64,000 bases of DNA from Acidobacteriota bacterium (GTDB lineage: Bacteria; Acidobacteriota; UBA890; WLXD01), in assembly GCA_965205505.1 (NCBI GenBank), contig CBDBHB010000009.1, positions 2,944,001 through 3,008,000 on the forward strand, in the 5' to 3' direction. Of the stretch, positions 61,703-64,000 are shown in pieces. The position numbers and the translations under genes are program-made. The notes beneath the pieces are model-generated. The model was given only the letters and a program-made list of their open reading frames with translations. It did no database searches and was not told the origin of the DNA. Position 1 is the first letter of the stretch; every line of letters begins with the position of its first letter.

Positions 61703-62055
61703 CTAGCTGATTGTCTCTGGATGAGGCATAAGGCTAGATCGAGACCGACTGGCAGTGGTCGTAGCGAACACCTGCTGATGGATCTCACCCCAATGCACGT
61801 TGCCGTCAGATACGGAGCTGACGTCGATGTAGCCGAAGCTAAAGTCCATCTGCGTTTTGGCACCCAGCGACTCGGGGTTAATGCCGGCTGCTTCGTCGAG
61901 CCGGACCCGCCTCCAAGCCACCGGCACTTGGCGCGGAGCGCTATGCATAGCCCAGCACCTCAAGGAACCCGTCCATCTGATCCTTGGCGTCGTCCCGCTC
62001 GCCCTCGATGTCCCGCGCGCGGCTTGTGGGCTCTGCGTGCCGATCCTCGGTGCAA
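61703..62055 (-). pseudogene. Type I R-M remnant: hsdM C-terminus overlapping hsdS N-terminus
   Basis: ...ERDDAKDQMDGFLEVLGYA* (stop at 61941) overlaps MHSAPRQVPVAWRRVRLDEAAGINPESL...GYIDVSSV (ATG at 61948). Confidence 0.6.
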
Positions 62056-62059
62056 GGTC

Positions 62060-63483
62060 GAGTTACTGGCGTCGAGACTACAACTACGTCAGGCCGCACA
62101 GCTCACTGGACGACCTGACTCCACACGAGTTCGCCGCGGCAGCGCAACTCCAGCAGCCTCCGGCTGCTTCCGTTGCCCCGCCGTCGGCGAACCGATAACA
62201 CCCCTGTGTTCGTGACCCAAACCCCGAAAACGGTGCCAGGTTGATGTTTAGGAAATCGGTGTACCGTCGTCCTCCAAGCAGGAGGACAGATGAAGCGGAA
62301 GAGGTACACGGACGAGCAGATCGCCTACGCGCTGCGGCAGGCTGAGGCGGGCACGCCGATCAAGGAGGTGTGTCGCAAGCTGGGCGTCAGCGAGCAGACG
62401 TTCTACACGTGGCGCCGCAAGTTCGCCGGGATGGGCGTGGCCGAACTTCGGGAGCTACGACAACTCCGCCATGAGAACCGGAAGTTGAAGCAGCTGGTGG
62501 CAGATCTGAGCTTGGACAAGCACATGCTCCAGGAGGTGCTGTCAAAAAAGGTGTAAAGCCGGCGCGCAAGCGCGAGGTGGTGCGGTACCTGCAGGACGGG
62601 TTCCGTGTCAGTGAGCGTCGAGCGTGTCGGCTGATCGAGTTGTCGCGCACCAGCCATCGGTATCAGAGCACAAGGACGGACGACCCCGTGCTGCGGCGTC
62701 GTCTTGGCGAGCTCGCCGCGGCGCGTCCGCGGTTCGGGTATCGGAGGTTGTGCGTGTTGCTACGCCGCGAGGGATGGGTAGTGAACCAGAAGCGCGTGTA
62801 TCGGATCTATCGAGAGGAGGGGCTGGAGGTACGGACCAAAAAGCGACGGCGCAAGCGGGCGAGTCACATACGGCTTGTGCTGCCGCCCGCAGAGCGGCCC
62901 AACGAGCGCTGGAGCATGGACTTCGTGACCGATCGGCTCGAGAGTGGCCGGCCGTTTCGGGTGCTGACGGTGGTCGATCAGTTTAGCCGTGAATGTCCGT
63001 TACTTGAGCCGGGCGTGTCGATGACCGGCAAGGCGGTGGCTGGAGCACTCGAGCGGCTGTCGTTTGCCGGGCCGTTGCCACGGGTCATCACCGTCGACAA
63101 TGGCTCAGAATTCTACTCCCAGGCGATGGACTCCTGGGCGTACCGAAGAGGCGTGCAGTTGGAGTTCATTCGGCCGGGAAAGCCCGTGGAGAATGCGTTC
63201 ATCGAGAGTTTCAACGGACGGCTTCGCGACGAATGCCTCAACGCCAACCTGTTCTTCTCGATCGATGACGCGCGCCGAAAACTGGAGGCTTGGAGGCTTG
63301 ATTACAATACCCACAGACCACACAGCTCACTGAACGATCGAACTCCTACGGAGTTCGCCAGGGGCTGGCAACCGGAGGCTTCGGAACACCGAATCCTAAA
63401 CCTCTGACTGGTACTGATTTCGGGGTGGGGTCATTCGGTCCGAGACTCTCACTTCCAGTGGACCAGAAAAGGGGGGCAGGTCA
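62060..63483 (+). mobile_element. Outer IS3 remnant (3' end only), interrupted by the inner IS3
   Basis: WRRDYNYVRPHSSLDDLTPHEF at 62066-62135 and right IR ...GTGGACCAGAAAAGGGGGGCAGGTCA ending at 63483. Confidence 0.7.
62213..63433 (+). mobile_element. Complete IS3-family element (1221 bp)
   Basis: IRs TGACCCAAACCCCGAAAACGGTGCCAG and TGACCCCACCCCGAAATCAGTACCAG, TSD TTCG, orfA at 62290-62556, AAAAAAG frameshift site, orfB to 63407. Confidence 0.95.
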
Positions 63484-63861
63484 ACAGAGGCCATCGCCGC
63501 CAGCTTGGTCATGCTCACCGGAGGCGAGATTCGTCTTGCGCCAATGGCGGCGGTGATGATCCACGAGGCGCGAGGAACGTTGATCGCTGCGCCCCCAAAG
63601 GCGTTCCAGGCGACGTTGGATTTCCTGACTCGATTCAACGCCGAAACCGTTGTGCCGCTGTACATGCGGCGAATGAACGTGTCCGAGGCCGAGTTGCATC
63701 AGATGCTGCAGCAAGAGCGCTCATTCACGGCGACCGAGGCCGTTGAGGTCGGGCTTGCCGACAGTGTGATCGAGATCGAAGACGACAACGACACCGACGG
63801 CAACGAGGCGCGAGTATTCGCGCGCCGAAACCTGAGACTGGCCGCGCTTGCCGGCACGTAA
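63484..63861 (+). pseudogene. ClpP-like phage head maturation protease, 5'-truncated
   Basis: AASLVML.G.EI...A.VMIHEA...Y..R...FTA.EAVE.GLAD, starting right at the IS end. Confidence 0.72.
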
Positions 63862-63872
63862 AGGAGAACGAC

Positions 63873-64000
63873 GATGCCCGTATTCGATCCTCAGAAGCTG
63901 ACCGACCTGGTAGACGAGGAATCGCGTCTCAGCAACGCGCTCAACGAGCTGATCGTGTCGCTCAATGAGCAGCACGAGACCGACGCTGAATGGGATGAGC
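63873..64000 (+). CDS. Partial ORF, possibly the N-terminus of a major capsid protein
   Basis: AAGGAG RBS, then MPVFDPQKLTDLVDEESRLSNALNELI..., directly after the ClpP-like gene. Runs off the window edge. Confidence 0.4.

Overview
High-GC bacterial chromosome segment. The host is unknown; the gene style suggests an Acidobacteriota-like, possibly sponge-associated organism, which is inference only. 1-12.3 kb is a minus-strand housekeeping run (scpA, site-2 protease, uvrC, uvrB, aminotransferase, coaD, rsmD, recG, a short smc), followed by tRNA-Thr(CGT). The tRNA is the target of tandem integrations. Element A (about 12.55-45.12 kb) is bounded by a 45-bp duplication of the tRNA 3' half plus matching arm-type repeats. 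Its right end is a decayed phage or satellite core: integrase, AlpA/Xis-like, Rep with iterons, a lambda-like cos, a PLD-TerS fusion and an ATPase-deleted TerL. Its cargo is mostly anti-phage (AbiJ/HEPN, Avs-like STAND, Mrr, MtlR-like HEPN, KAP NTPase, SieB-like, NucS) plus a ZnuD-like TonB receptor with an RGPP leader peptide. It also holds a complete IS1595 transporter element whose passengers include a tRNA-like gene with a Leu-type body and an Ala (UGC) anticodon, the most unusual signal in the window. 45.1-53.5 kb is a metabolic islet (LVIVD protein, Na+/solute symporter, cupin, two amidohydrolases, MITEs). A third, degenerate tRNA fragment at 53.5 kb starts another decayed element containing an IS-split TPR-GreA/B-PIN gene, a type I RM remnant, nested IS3 copies and a ClpP-like head protease. 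All protein calls rest on motif recognition by eye, not on database searches.
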